A DNA stretch of 64,000 bases, taken from NCBI GenBank assembly GCA_004764695.1, contig SMSO01000032.1:3380483-3444482 (forward strand). Direction: 5' to 3'. Position 1 is the first letter of the stretch, and each line of letters opens with the position of its first letter. The position numbers were made by a program, and so were the translations under genes. This document shows positions 1 through 13,041 of this stretch, in pieces. The notes beneath the pieces were generated by a model, which was not told the origin of the DNA, ran no database searches, and was given only the letters and a program-made list of their open reading frames with translations. This stretch comes from Schizochytrium sp. TIO01. Taxonomy: Eukaryota; Protista; Bigyra: Labyrinthulomycetes.

Positions 1-2946
1 GTAAGTTTCATTGCATATACAAACGAGGCCATACTCCCTCTCTTGCACAGCACATTGGGACTGTGCGTATGCCACACCAGCAATGGCAAGCACGCCTACG
101 ATCGACCTCATGGTCCAACAAGTCTTCACGCGGCGGATCCTCAACTCGTCTCTGTGTTTGGTTAGGGCTGTGCTTCTTTGAGGCATCAGAGTTACGTAAT
201 ACCCCTAATACATAGTGTTACTAGAAGGTAGATACGATATCTAGTAGGTGTATTTTCCCCCCAGGAAATCATGAAATCTATGTTGACCATAGCTAGTCCA
301 TCAACTTGGCTGTCAATCTCGTAATAAATGGGACATGGTAGCCTCGAACAAGTTTTTTGTTTGTATTACTGAAGCCCAGTCGATGTTGTTATTACTGCTG
401 TTGTCGCTCACCAGGACCCGAAGCCGGCCGATGATTTCATTACTACTTTCGATCATAAGCTCGTCCAAACTATATCCGTAGCTCTCGGTCGCTCGACTGG
501 CTGCTTCTATTACAGAGTCGAACCGGTACATTCCGTGTTGAAGTTGGCTGCTCGCCGAATTCAAGTCATACTGATTACAAAACAAAAATCACAAACAGGC
601 AAGAAAAAAGTATCTGATCAAATCTAGTTTACGGGACGGTTCAATTTTTCCTTCTAAAGACAATATAACCTGTTGTATTTTATTTTTAATGGAACTCACA
701 ATGTATATGTGTCTTAAGTATCTAAAGATATACACGTCAAACTTGCAATGAAATCCCTAATCAAACTAACCTATATGCACTTCGTTAGACCGTCTATGCA
801 ACAATTTCAAACTGTCATAAATAATATCCCTCATCTCATGAATTATTGGGAAGCATATCCGGCATGAAACGCAGTTTTGCATACTGGTAACGTCGCGTAC
901 ACAAATAAGAAGTCACGCTTGCTCGAATTTGATAACCGTTTGATGCGGCCGACGTCTACGTCTAGCCCTCGTTGAATTAACCCTGTCGTAATAAAGCAAG
1001 AAATGCATGAATTGATGCTTGTTTAAATGAAGAGGAGCAGCAAACAGGGCTTCTGTACAAGTGGACCAATGGTACATCACTGTAAGAGCTGACCACGAAA
1101 GATTTGGGCACGTAGGTCAAGTTTGTACTTGCTACTTCCCAACTTGATCGATTTGCATTACAAAAGAACCAAATAGAATTCAGTTAGACAACTTTAGAAC
1201 TAATGGTTGGGGACCTACATTAGATCCTTATTCTTGAAATCCATATTTCTTGAAATCTTGGAATCCTTATTGTTTTAGACACCTCAGGGTGTACTCCCTG
1301 GACTTTCTATATTCAGAAGCCAAAGCGTCCCTCGATGAATTATATCTAACGTCAACAGATCATTCAATTATAAATATCCAATCTTTCTTCTCTTAATCTT
1401 TCGTTTGAAATTGATCTTTGATCTGTTATAGAGCGCCAAGCTTCTATCCCTCTGTAATAAGACACGGCCTTTTGTTTTGTGATACCGCACATTGGCTACC
1501 AAATTTTGTATCGCAACTAATTACACACCGGCTAAGGCAAAAGCAAAAAATTTGATGTTTTCTCTTAACAATAATTGCATGGATTCTATGATTTCACACG
1601 ATGAAAATCATCGTATGCACGTTTACAGGAGTAGTGAAGTATGAATTGTTCATCATTTGGGTCCATGACACTTTTTCCTGGCTGTACGTTTATAGAATTT
1701 TCACGAAGGGCTTGAAACTTCACAGAAGAAAAGAATTGTGAAAAAAAAAGAAAAGAAAAGAAAAACTCGTTTAAACTACATTGTTTTTCTAAATATCAAT
1801 TTTTAATTTAAAAAACCTTTTTTTTAATCATTATTTTCAATTAAATTAAAAGTACATGATATAAAAGAATAAAAGAAGTATAAAAGGAAGGTGAAATCTT
1901 TTTCTTTTTTTTAATATCACTTTTTTTTAAATTAGAAAAAGAGAGTTTGTAACAGAGTAGGTTAGCTGTAAGTCAAAGACAATTTATGCGCTGTTTCCCA
2001 CAAAGGATGCAATCCTTATATTGCACGCTGGAATCCTCAATTTGGCTGCTGTAAACCTTTGAAGAAAGTTAAGTATTGAGGTAATTTGATATCTTTTCCT
2101 CTGGTGCTGAATAATGAATCAACTATCCTGATACTTCACATTGAGTGGTCACTTGGCTAGGGATGGTTTATGAAAAGATCTCGCGTCCTCAGAGCTGCCG
2201 GCATTACAATAAATACAAAAATAAAAGTTACAGGTCTATTCTTGCTTCTTTTCATTTCCTTCTATTTTCTAAACGTGGCCCACAGGAGCTTAGCACTACT
2301 TAGTCCTTCCTCTTATCTGTCCATTGGTGTGCACCCAAGGTCCATGGATTGCGCGCACACCTTTTTTTCTTGTTTTTGTTTGTATTTTTATTTACTCTAG
2401 GTGTTCAAAAGTGAATTCTCGATCAGTCAGAAAGATGATCCACCTCAAAACCAAACTTCACGCTTCAGACATGGGTTTCATGCTCTGGGAACAAAACTCT
2501 ACGCCACGGGCCTGCCGGGCTTTGGGTGGTTTGCAATCTAGCGCTGGCCACAAAATGCAGTTCTCTGCACTGCTTACAAGGGTGTTTGCAAGGGTGGGTG
2601 GTGGTATGACAACAAAAGGGTGGCATTTTAGTCAGAGTACACCAGAGTCAAGAGGGTATGCACGTAGTATGCACACATACATGCATACGGAATCATGATG
2701 CTCCCGAGCCATGACTTTGCCCACGACTTCAACCCGAGGTTTAGCATTCCGAGCTCTCTTCGACGCGCCGCACGGACTCATCTCCGGCCGGACCCTCCGG
2801 GATCCTGGCACACTCTGCTCGAGCTCGACGGAGTGCCGCGTATCTTTAGGCTCGCGATGGGACACCTCGGGTCCGGATCTTGGCGCGGTATTTGCCCAAG
2901 GCATTGGCTGCCGTGCTATCTCCGCCATCGTTTACACGACAGAGCT

Positions 2947-2996
2947 GCGTCGCGTCGCGTCGCGTCGACTCGAGTCGAGTCGAGTCGAGTCGAGTC
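2947..2996. repeat. Compound pentanucleotide microsatellite (CGCGT)3-CGACT-(CGAGT)5
   Basis: Read directly from sequence; CpG-rich units. Confidence 0.95.
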
Positions 2997-3350
2997 ACTG
3001 CTCGAGCAGTACTCAGCCCACGCTTACCCGAGGAGTCCTGCTGCCGATAGCGCCAAGAAGGTGAGTGATGTAGTCGCACAACCTCAAGTTATGGTAAGAG
3101 CACCAAATCCCGGCTGCAAAGATCTCCTCCGAGTCGCCAAAGTTTTCATCATCAGCTGCACGGCAGCAGGTGGCTCTGCTCAACGCGTCCACTCGGTGCC
3201 AGCAGTGGGTGACTTCCGGCACGACACTGCACTGCGCTGCGCTGCACTGCGCTGCACCGCACTTTCTGAGATCCTGCGCTATGACTTCGTTCCTTCTCAC
3301 TGCGTGTCCAAGCCTCTTGGCGATCTTCCCGTGTCACAGCCTTTGTGCCC

Positions 3351-3618
3351 TGCATTACATTGCATTATTTTGCATTGGATTATATTGCATTACATACCAT
3401 TGAATTGCATTGCATTAAATTGCATTGCATTAAATTGCATTGCATTAAATTGCATTGCATTAAATTGCATTGCATTAAATTGCATTGCATTAAATTGCAT
3501 TGCATTAAATTGCATTGCATTAAATTGCATTAAGTTACATTGCATTAAGTTACATTGCATTACAATATATAGCCTTATATAGCAGTACATTGGATTGCAT
3601 TGCATTGCATTGCATTGC
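3351..3618. repeat. TGCAT-derived satellite with a core of 8 perfect 15-bp units (TGCATTGCATTAAAT) at 3406-3525
   Basis: Read directly; degenerate TGCAT pentamers flank the core. A short GCACT/GCGCT run lies at ~3226-3262. Confidence 0.95.
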
Positions 3619-4228
3619 CTTGTATTCCACCGCATTTTTTTACATTTCTTGCGCTCTTGCGTCCTTTGCTCTTCAACCACCCCGTCGCTCCTTGCCGGCG
3701 CCTCTGCCCTTCCAAGATCGACGCCATTCTCCTCTCCGCGTCCACCCTCGCACGAGTCCCTTCCTCTTGACCTCCTCCTCCGCCGCCTTCAAAGCTCTCC
3801 ATCCGCTTCTGCGCACAGGGAGTTAGTTCTTCGGCCATCGTGGCGTTCCGTTCTGCGCGACCTCTGCGAGTCACTCACGCCGCAGACCCCAAACCTGCCT
3901 GTCTGTCGGCCGTCGCGTGCTTGCTTGCTTGCACGGGCATTCAGCGCCTCCTCGGCATTCAGAGCGGCATCTTGTCCATACCCTGCCCGTTCAGCGCCTC
4001 GGCCACCTTGGTCTCGTAGACCATCTCGCTGACCACCTCGTCGTTGCCCATCTCCACTCTTCGGCGCTCTTCCGCGCCGCATTCCATCTCTCTCTCTCTC
4101 TCTTTCGATGAATTCACTGCAAACTTTGAATGCAACTTCCGCCACCGAGTCCGGCTGAATCCGTGCATCTGGAGCCGCTCTCAGCGCCGCCGCGTTCGCA
4201 ATTCAGACGCAGCCGCCGCAGGGAGGAC

Positions 4229-4368
4229 TGTCTGTCTGTCTGTCTTTTTGTCTGTCTTTTTGTCTGTCTGACGGAGCGGAAGCCTTGGCTCGTGCCTTTC
4301 TTTCTTCGAGGCCGGCGGCGCGATCTTCAGCTGCTGCCAAGATTCGATGCCCTCTGAGAGCGTAGGTT

Positions 4369-4432
<64 letters not shown>

Positions 4433-4767
4433 ACTTACTTTCTTACTTTCAGGTTCGTTCTTTCTTTGAAGTTCTTTCTTTAATGGCTCCGCTGTCTGCG
4501 ATATTCTTCTTCCTCTCCTTCTCGTGAACTAACTCATTTGCTTTCTTCTCTCAAAACCAAGGCTCTTTGTCTCTCTCTTGCGCGAAACAAACAACAGCTT
4601 AATTACGCGAAGCACTTTCTGTTCTATTTTTAATTTTTTTGTTGTTTTTTCTTCAGTCTATTCTCTTTACTTTATTTTAATTGAATTTTAAATTCAGTTC
4701 AAGATACTATGAAATGAAGTATGGATACGTCTTGGTTGGTTGGTTGGTTGGTTGGTTGGTTGGTTGG
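4229..4767. repeat. Microsatellite cluster: (TGTC)n 4229-4270, (TTTC)16 4367-4430, (TTGG)9 4732-4767
   Basis: Read directly. Confidence 0.95.
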
Positions 4768-6421
4768 TTTGTTTGTATCTTGATGGCGTGCTTGCCTGCT
4801 CCTTCGGCTTATATTTCTATTTTAGGCTGACGCGCGGTTGAGAGGAACTTGAAGTTCGAGTAGAGTTCACGCTCCAATGAAGAACAGTTCTTTGGCGGCC
4901 GCCGAAGGGAGGAAAGTGCTGTCTTCTACTTCAGGACGCCACCACCCTTATGTTTTTTCTGTTTGTTTTTGTTTGTTTTTTGTTTTTTTGTTTGTTTTTC
5001 GACTTTTTCAAAATGGACTCTGCTGTTTGGGGGGTTTAAAGCGCCTGAGAGGACCTGAGAAGGCAGCTAGCTCTCAAACAAGCAAACAAGAAATCAGGGT
5101 GGCTTGGCTGTCAGCTTTCTGATGGGCTTCGGGAACAACAGAAGGAAACGCCAAACCAAAGCAGCAAAGTCTCACTTTGGAGGGACCTAAAACAGCCGTC
5201 GTAATTTTGCGAACAGAGTCGATTGAGCGTAGGATTTGGCACTTGGAACATGAAACACTTGGAATGGATGCCGCCCCTTACCAGTAAGTAATGGTAGAAA
5301 AGGGATCCAAGGTCGCCTTGTTTATTGGTCTATGCTTTACATTTGAAAGATTGTTCTATTTATTTATTTATTTCTTATTATTTCTTATTATTTAGGTACT
5401 TCGTGTTTTTTTTTTTTTTTTTAAAGCTATTTTGTAAGTTATTTTCGAAGGAAAAATCTTTTGTAAGTAAAACAAATAACATTTTGGAGGCGATTTCCAC
5501 TGGAGCCTCTTTTTCTCTTTATTGGCTTGCAGATCCTGAGAGATGATAGATAGCCTGAGCAAAAGCTGGCTTGGCCTCGAAACCAATCGTCTGATCGCGC
5601 GTGGAAACAGACTCATCACACGTCAGCCAAGAACCTGGTTGGTGGCTGCGGATCGATCGAGGCGTCCTGCTCTGATTACGGGACCGTGTTTTCTCTTAGC
5701 ACAGAAACCCTCCCAAGCTCAGAGCAGGAAGGCGCCTGCCTGCCCGCCTACCATCTATGCATCTTCTTCTTACGAGCCGCTTCAAAGGTCCAAGTACCAG
5801 GCACCTTTGGCGAATCTTGCTGTGGTTACAAAACACCATCTGGCTCATCGACACCTTACTCTTCGAAGATGTTCTGCAGATCAGGCCTTCGAATTGGTCA
5901 TCACGTGACCCTTTTGGAGCGGTCTTCGCCTTCCACGCCGCTCTAGTTTCGTACAGAGCATCCAATCGTCCTCAGATCCACCATGAATGCATGCATACAT
6001 TGCATGCATGTATGAATGGATGGATGGATATTGTCTGTTCCTATGTCCTCTGACCATTCAAGAGTCACCATGAGCTCTTCCAAAGCGCCGCTGGGGAGGG
6101 TTTCGCCGTCCATCTGAAGGCCCAAATTAGCAAGCAAGCCAACCGAATGCCATTGTAAATGCAGTTGTAAATGCCATTCATTGCGAATATCCGCGATGAT
6201 CGATTCTTCAACCAACCATTCGATCGCCGTCGAATCGTTTCTGGCCGTCGGCTCGCAGACGCCGCCCTGCGCCGCAGGGTGGTTTCATCTGGCTCCCGCC
6301 GCGCTTCCACAGAGCGACGGCTTGGAGACCTTGGGGACAGCTGACCTCCTCCACCTCACGTGTCAAGCAAGGTCTCTCTCTTCACCTCCTTGGAGGAGGT
6401 CCGCCAAGATTCGAATCCTGA

Positions 6422-6697
<276 letters not shown>

Positions 6698-9600
6698 TGA
6701 GCTGCCTCCAGCTCGAGGAGCCTCGCAAATAGCGCGTGCTTCTCAGCCACGCTCCTCGGCGTCGCAAATAGCGCGTTGCTCGAGCTGCTTTTGGTGCGGA
6801 TGATCGTCGTTGGCGCCTTCGACCGAACAGGGTTTCAACAGGGCATTTCGAAATCGCTTTTGAATGTTTGTCTTGGACAAACCAGAGCAAACCAAACCAA
6901 ACCAAACCAGAGCAAACCAAACCAAGAGACGAAAGCGATGCTCTGAGAAAGACTTCAAAACCGCCACAGCAGAGCAGAATTATGAACGGAAGAGACTCGA
7001 GGCCAGGAAATGACCGTGAGCCGCGAAGTTAAGAGCTGTCCGAAGAATCGATGGCGCCAGTCACTGCGAACCTTAACGCCGCACTTCATCAGCGCAGGCA
7101 AGCCGCCAGAGGCGTTCAAGACGAGACACCTAGCTCGTCTACGATCAGGCAGGGAAACTGATCAAATATCGAAGCTTGCTTTTTTCGGGGGATTCTGACC
7201 GCTGCTCTTTCGATCCAAGTCTTTACTCGAATCGATCAATCCTTTCGATCAATCATTCAATTAATCCATCCATCTCTTTTTTGAATTTGAGTTTTTCGTT
7301 TCAATTTTATTTTTGTTCAATTTTATTTAATAAATAAACACATTTCAAACTTCGAACGTTTAACTTGTCCTGCGCGTTCCCAATAGCTGATCCCTTTGCT
7401 GGTTCTTCCCGCAGCAAAGCCATCTCCTGGGATCCTGAGAGGGCGCCAAAAGCTTTTGTCCAGAGGGCCCAGAGGGCATCTGCTTCTCAACTGAAAGACC
7501 CGCCCTTATAGCTACCCAGCGTGCCCCCATCAAGCGGATGAACAAGGCAGAGTAAGCAGTGAAAGTGCTTCTCAGGGGGTTGCTTGGGAACACTAGGCGT
7601 GAGAGGCTGCGGATTGCGCGACTTCTGGCCCCAGTGGAGAGCGAATCTAGTCAGGTGTGGAAGTGCACGCGGACGACGCGTGGTGTCCCGCTCTCTGCGC
7701 CACTTGAATATTATAGCAGGCAGGCACATTGGTACCTCCTACCAATTCAAAGAACAGAAGTCTGCTCATCGGCAGCAGTTGATTGCACCAAATAAAAACC
7801 CACGAGTTCCATTCTTGATTGAAGGTTGACTTACGTCCAAACCAAACCAAACCAAACAGCCTGGATTTGGATTTCTACGCCTGAAATGCGGCGCTCGGCA
7901 ATCATTGACGTTTGATGCTTTGCGAAAAAGAAAGAGACCTAGCGAACGGGTTTTTTATTTCTTTCGATTGTTCAATGCGAATGGTCGCAAATGAATGAAT
8001 GTCCAATGGAAGTGATGATGTTAGCAGCGCTCTGAATAGCGGTGGAATGTGTAATGGGTACATGAGTTGAAACTTTCGCGCTTCCTTTTCAGCGCGATTG
8101 AATGGAGGGCAGCTTCTTTTTTCTTCCTTGACCCTTTCTTTTGACCCATCCGTCAGTTCACGGAGTTTTCTTCCGCTTGCCCGTCTGCGCTTTGGAAGGA
8201 ACTGAAGAAAACCTGTTACCTACGGCTTTCAATCCTTCTTTCGATTGATTGTCTCCCGAAATCGAAGTTGAAGGCGAAACTGAAGTTGGAACCCGTCGTT
8301 GAGGCTGATTACTGGAGCGTCGAAAGCTTTCGTCTTCGGAGAAGGCACGAAGTGTTCTCAAACTATTTGAAGTTTTCTCTTTGCTTTTGCGTCTTTTTGC
8401 GTCTGTAATGCAGAACAGTTTTTCTGCTGCTGTCCTGAAGGAAGGAGAAACTTTCACGGAGAACCAACGTCATTCTATGTTTGGTTTCTCTTTTCTCTCC
8501 ATTTTGTGGACCATGCCATCTCACGTACTGATCAGTGGCGCAGTATAAAACATTCACTTATTTGATTTTATTCTGTAAGTATTTTGAATTTTGAAAAGAA
8601 AAAGGTGTTTATTTATTTTATTTTATTTTTATTTGCAAAAGTATTTAATTTTTATTTATTTTTAAGTAAAAGTGAAAAGAAGAAGCGATCCCCGGCGTCG
8701 TTTCCTTTGCATTGAGAACGTTTCGTTTGGTCTGTTTCCTTCTCCAAGCTTTGGCTCCTGTCGTTTCTCGATCTCTTCTCTGCATTCAGACGAAGTTCAT
8801 GGTCGACGATACAGCAGTCCGAATGTTAACAAAGGACGTGGCCACCCTTGCCACCCTGCCAACAAGTGAATGGATGAGTTGCTTAACCCACTCACTCACT
8901 CACTCAGTCAGTCACTCACTCACTCAGAAATACAGAGCGCACGAGCGCCACCCTTCGAGTTAAGGCTCTTTTCCACCGCTCGAATTTCGAGCTTTTCTTG
9001 GGATTTTCGACTCGAGGCCAAATTTCACGAATCAAGGCGCTCGCGAAGCTTCTTCCGCAGAAGCTGACGGCGTAACGTGGAGTGGCAATCATCGCAGACT
9101 CGATTAGAGGGCGACCAGCCGTCACCTCGATGCTTGCGACACGCTGCTTGCGAATGCTTTTCTCGTGTGCTTCTTCTTCTTCGTTGTCTATCTGCTCGTT
9201 TGGTGGTATTGAGTTCCTCGCCGAGGTCATCATCGCCACTATTCTCGTGCCGCAGCTCACCTCTGGCGATATTGGCAACGAGCGAGGCATCGATTTTAGA
9301 AACCGGCACTGTAAATTCTCAGTTTGATCCCTCGAAATCAGCAACAAGCTTCGTGACCTTCAACTTTGAGCTCCAACTTGCACGAAGACCTTCAGCGCCT
9401 GATAAATAAATTCATTCTGGTTTCTCTGGGTGGATTGAGATTATTAGCTGCGAGTAATTTATGAATGAATGAATGAATGAATACATTCACAGATTTACGA
9501 TGCAGCATTAGACTTTCACGAGCATTCAAGAGAAAACCTTGCCTGGCGAAATGAAAATGAGCGTCATCATCGCCATTATCATCATCTCAGCGTACTGCAG

Positions 9601-9714
9601 CGCAGACTGTCCATGATTTGATTGATTCCCCGCATATTTGCAGTTCTTGTCGTCCTCCTCGTCACCACCTTCAAATTGGCTGCAGGCAGCGCCATTTCTG
9701 ATCGCCTCATCAGC

Positions 9715-10207
<493 letters not shown>

Positions 10208-10865
10208 ATTTTTTTGTTTGTTTGTTGTTCTTCTTACTTACTTGCTTGCTGGCGACCCGAATCCGCGTCCGGCACCAGTGCTTCGCTTTGCTTTCGTTCA
10301 GATTGGCTGCAGCTGCCGTCGAAGAAGAAGAAGAAGCAGATACGCAGACTTCTGAACGGGTCCATACGGAGCGCGGGCTCCACGCGGCAAACGCGGCGAA
10401 CGGGAGAAGATTCGAAAAAGCAGCACTTCTTTCTTTCTCTCTTTCTTTCTTTCTCTCTTTCTTTCTTTCTTTCTTTCCTTTGCTTGCTTGGTTTCCCTTG
10501 GTGGAATCCCGCCTTATTGCCTTCCTCTTCTCTCCCCAACATCTTTTGTTTATTTAGAGCTTCCTTTTTTGTATATTCTTTTTGCTTTTTAATTAATTAA
10601 TTAATTAGCTCCATTTTATTTAATTAAAAAAATACTCACAATGAAAACAACGTAATTGAAAAATGTTTTTTAATATACCTAGGTAGACCTAGATAGATCT
10701 ATCTATATAAGAAGAAGCGGCTTCCCTGTAAAGCAAGGACTTACAAGGCACATACTGCTTTCCGCCCCTTCTCCAGTAGACGCTATCAGGGCGAAGCGGA
10801 GGCGCTCGCGGCGAGGAAAGCCGCTGCTCTGAGCCAGAGAAACCTCGAGGAAGAAGATTCGATCA

Positions 10866-10905
10866 GCATGGCTGCATGGCCGCATGGCTGCATGGCCGCA
10901 TGGCT
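10866..10905. repeat. Octamer repeat GCATGGCY x5, last base strictly alternating T/C
   Basis: gcatggct gcatggcc gcatggct gcatggcc gcatggct. Confidence 0.9.
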
Positions 10906-13041
10906 GGCTGAGACAGCGGAAGGCCTCGCGGGTCCTGGGCCCTCGAGGCGTAATTAGGGAGAAACAGCCATGAAGAAAAAAAAAAAGCGCAAATTCGCCA
11001 TAGAACGGAAAAGCTGAGACCGCACAGACTGGTTTCCGAAAGTCTGCCGAAGACGAGCTCTCGATTCTTTCGAGGCAAGTCAACGCAGGACACGCGAGTC
11101 GGTCTCGGCCAGAGGATCTCCAGGAGCCCGCTTGCGTTGATTGGTCTCTGCGAATTGGAGAACTCTGAGGCTTCGGAATGGGGGTGGTTGAAGGCGATGT
11201 GCTCTTGAAGAGTTGAAGCTTCTTTCTAAGTTTTCTTTCTCTCCGAGTCCCCTGTCAGAAATGAAAACCTTTTTAACATGTAAGTTTAGTTTAACTTTAA
11301 TTAAAATAATATTTTTAATTTTGTAAATACATGAATAAAATAGAATGAATGAAATGAAATGTAATGAAATGCAATGTTTGCTTTCAACTTGTGCTACGTT
11401 GAATCAGAGAAGAAGAAAATGGTTGGTTTGGCTAGCTTTGTTTGTTTGCTTGTTTGCTTGCTTTTCCTGTCGCTTCTGAAGCATAACGTAGGCTTTTCAA
11501 GCCCATCACCAGTGACGAAGGCCGAAGGGTTATTGTAAGAAGAAGACAAAGGAGGGGAACATTCGCTGGTAGGTAGCTAGGCAGTGGCTAGTCGGGCTTA
11601 CCGTACTTCTTGGAAAGTTCACATTCTCTGCACCTCCAACATCCACTCTTGTAAAGCACAGCAGCAGCAGCAGAAAGGTCCGGATAGAACAAGATCGCAT
11701 CCGACCGTCTCATTTTTAAAAGAAAGACAACGTACGATAACTGCGCTAGAATGCGGTGAGATCACCAAACGAGGTAAGATATGATAAGAACTTGGAGGAT
11801 GCCAACGAAGCCTGATTTATTGCTCTTAGGGGACACAGATGGAACATCCCGAGTGGTGCCTACAGAGCGAAGCTGCCAATTAAAGGTCGCGTGGCCAGTC
11901 GCTTTTGTACGCTTTCGCAAAGATTGAAGGCTTTGTGGAGACTGGCGATGAGCCAAGAATTGGTGCCGGCACTTCGCTTTGGCTGTTTGTTGACTTGCCT
12001 TTGCTTGGCTTGTTTGTTTGTTTGCCTGATCTTGGTTGCGCCGTGACTTCATGGCGAAGGGTTGTGGCTTGAAGTTAGAAGACGCGCGGCGACCACCCAT
12101 GCATCATGTACTCACTAACTATCCTAAATGACTTCATCCTTTTAAGCGATCAAGATTATTCGAAACTAAGGGAAATGGTTTTCTACACAGAGAGACCCGC
12201 ACACTGACAGCGCTTATTTCTTTGCATAGTCGTGGTTTTCTTTTCTTTCTTTCTTTCTTTTTCTTTCTTTATTTCTTCATTTTAAATATATTTATCCATT
12301 TTGATGTTTTAATAATAAATTTTTTTTAAAAAAATTAAAAATGATGATATGTTTGCTTTTGAAATTCGTGGTAGGTACCTAACTAGGCATAGGAACAATA
12401 AATGAAAGCCAAGTCTATGTTTTTCCAAAGAAAAATGATCATGGAACGTATGAAAATTGAAAGGACTGGAAAGTGCGCCAAAGGTCACTGCACGCACACT
12501 ATGACTCGGAAAAAGAGATTGAGGCCAACCTATACTTTAAGGGTGAGTCGCGTGCTTGTAAGCGATCTCTCTGATTCTTACAGTCTATGAGTGGATCGCT
12601 TATGCCGCTGCGAAGTTCCCAATGTTTATAGTTTCTTTCTTTTCGTGCTGTACAAAGTTCAAGTTAGGTTTTTCGACTTTTCATTATTTTCTAATTTTTT
12701 TAATATAAATAATATAGTAATAATAAAAATTGGGGGGAAATGGCAAGAAGAAAAGAAAAACTTTATTTGAAAAAGAAACGCGGACTCTACATAACCATAA
12801 TGAGGTACATCTGATAACAAGATAGCAAAAGACGCAGAGGCTCGTCGAAAGGCAAACCAGGATCAGCAAACCCAAAACTCGAACCTGGGGAAAGAAATAA
12901 AAGTAGAAACCAAACAAAGACTTCTTCTATATATCTGGTCTGCATCGCGAACTGATTGCCGTGCAGCAGAACCGAAACAGGTACAGTGTTTGCCCAACAA
13001 TAAGATAGAACAAGAAGCACACGCAAATCTATAGTTGCAAG

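Noticed and set aside
2695-3582. 295-aa ORF with CIALN repeats
   Set aside because: The frame stays open because it runs through stop-free microsatellites; no domain recognised
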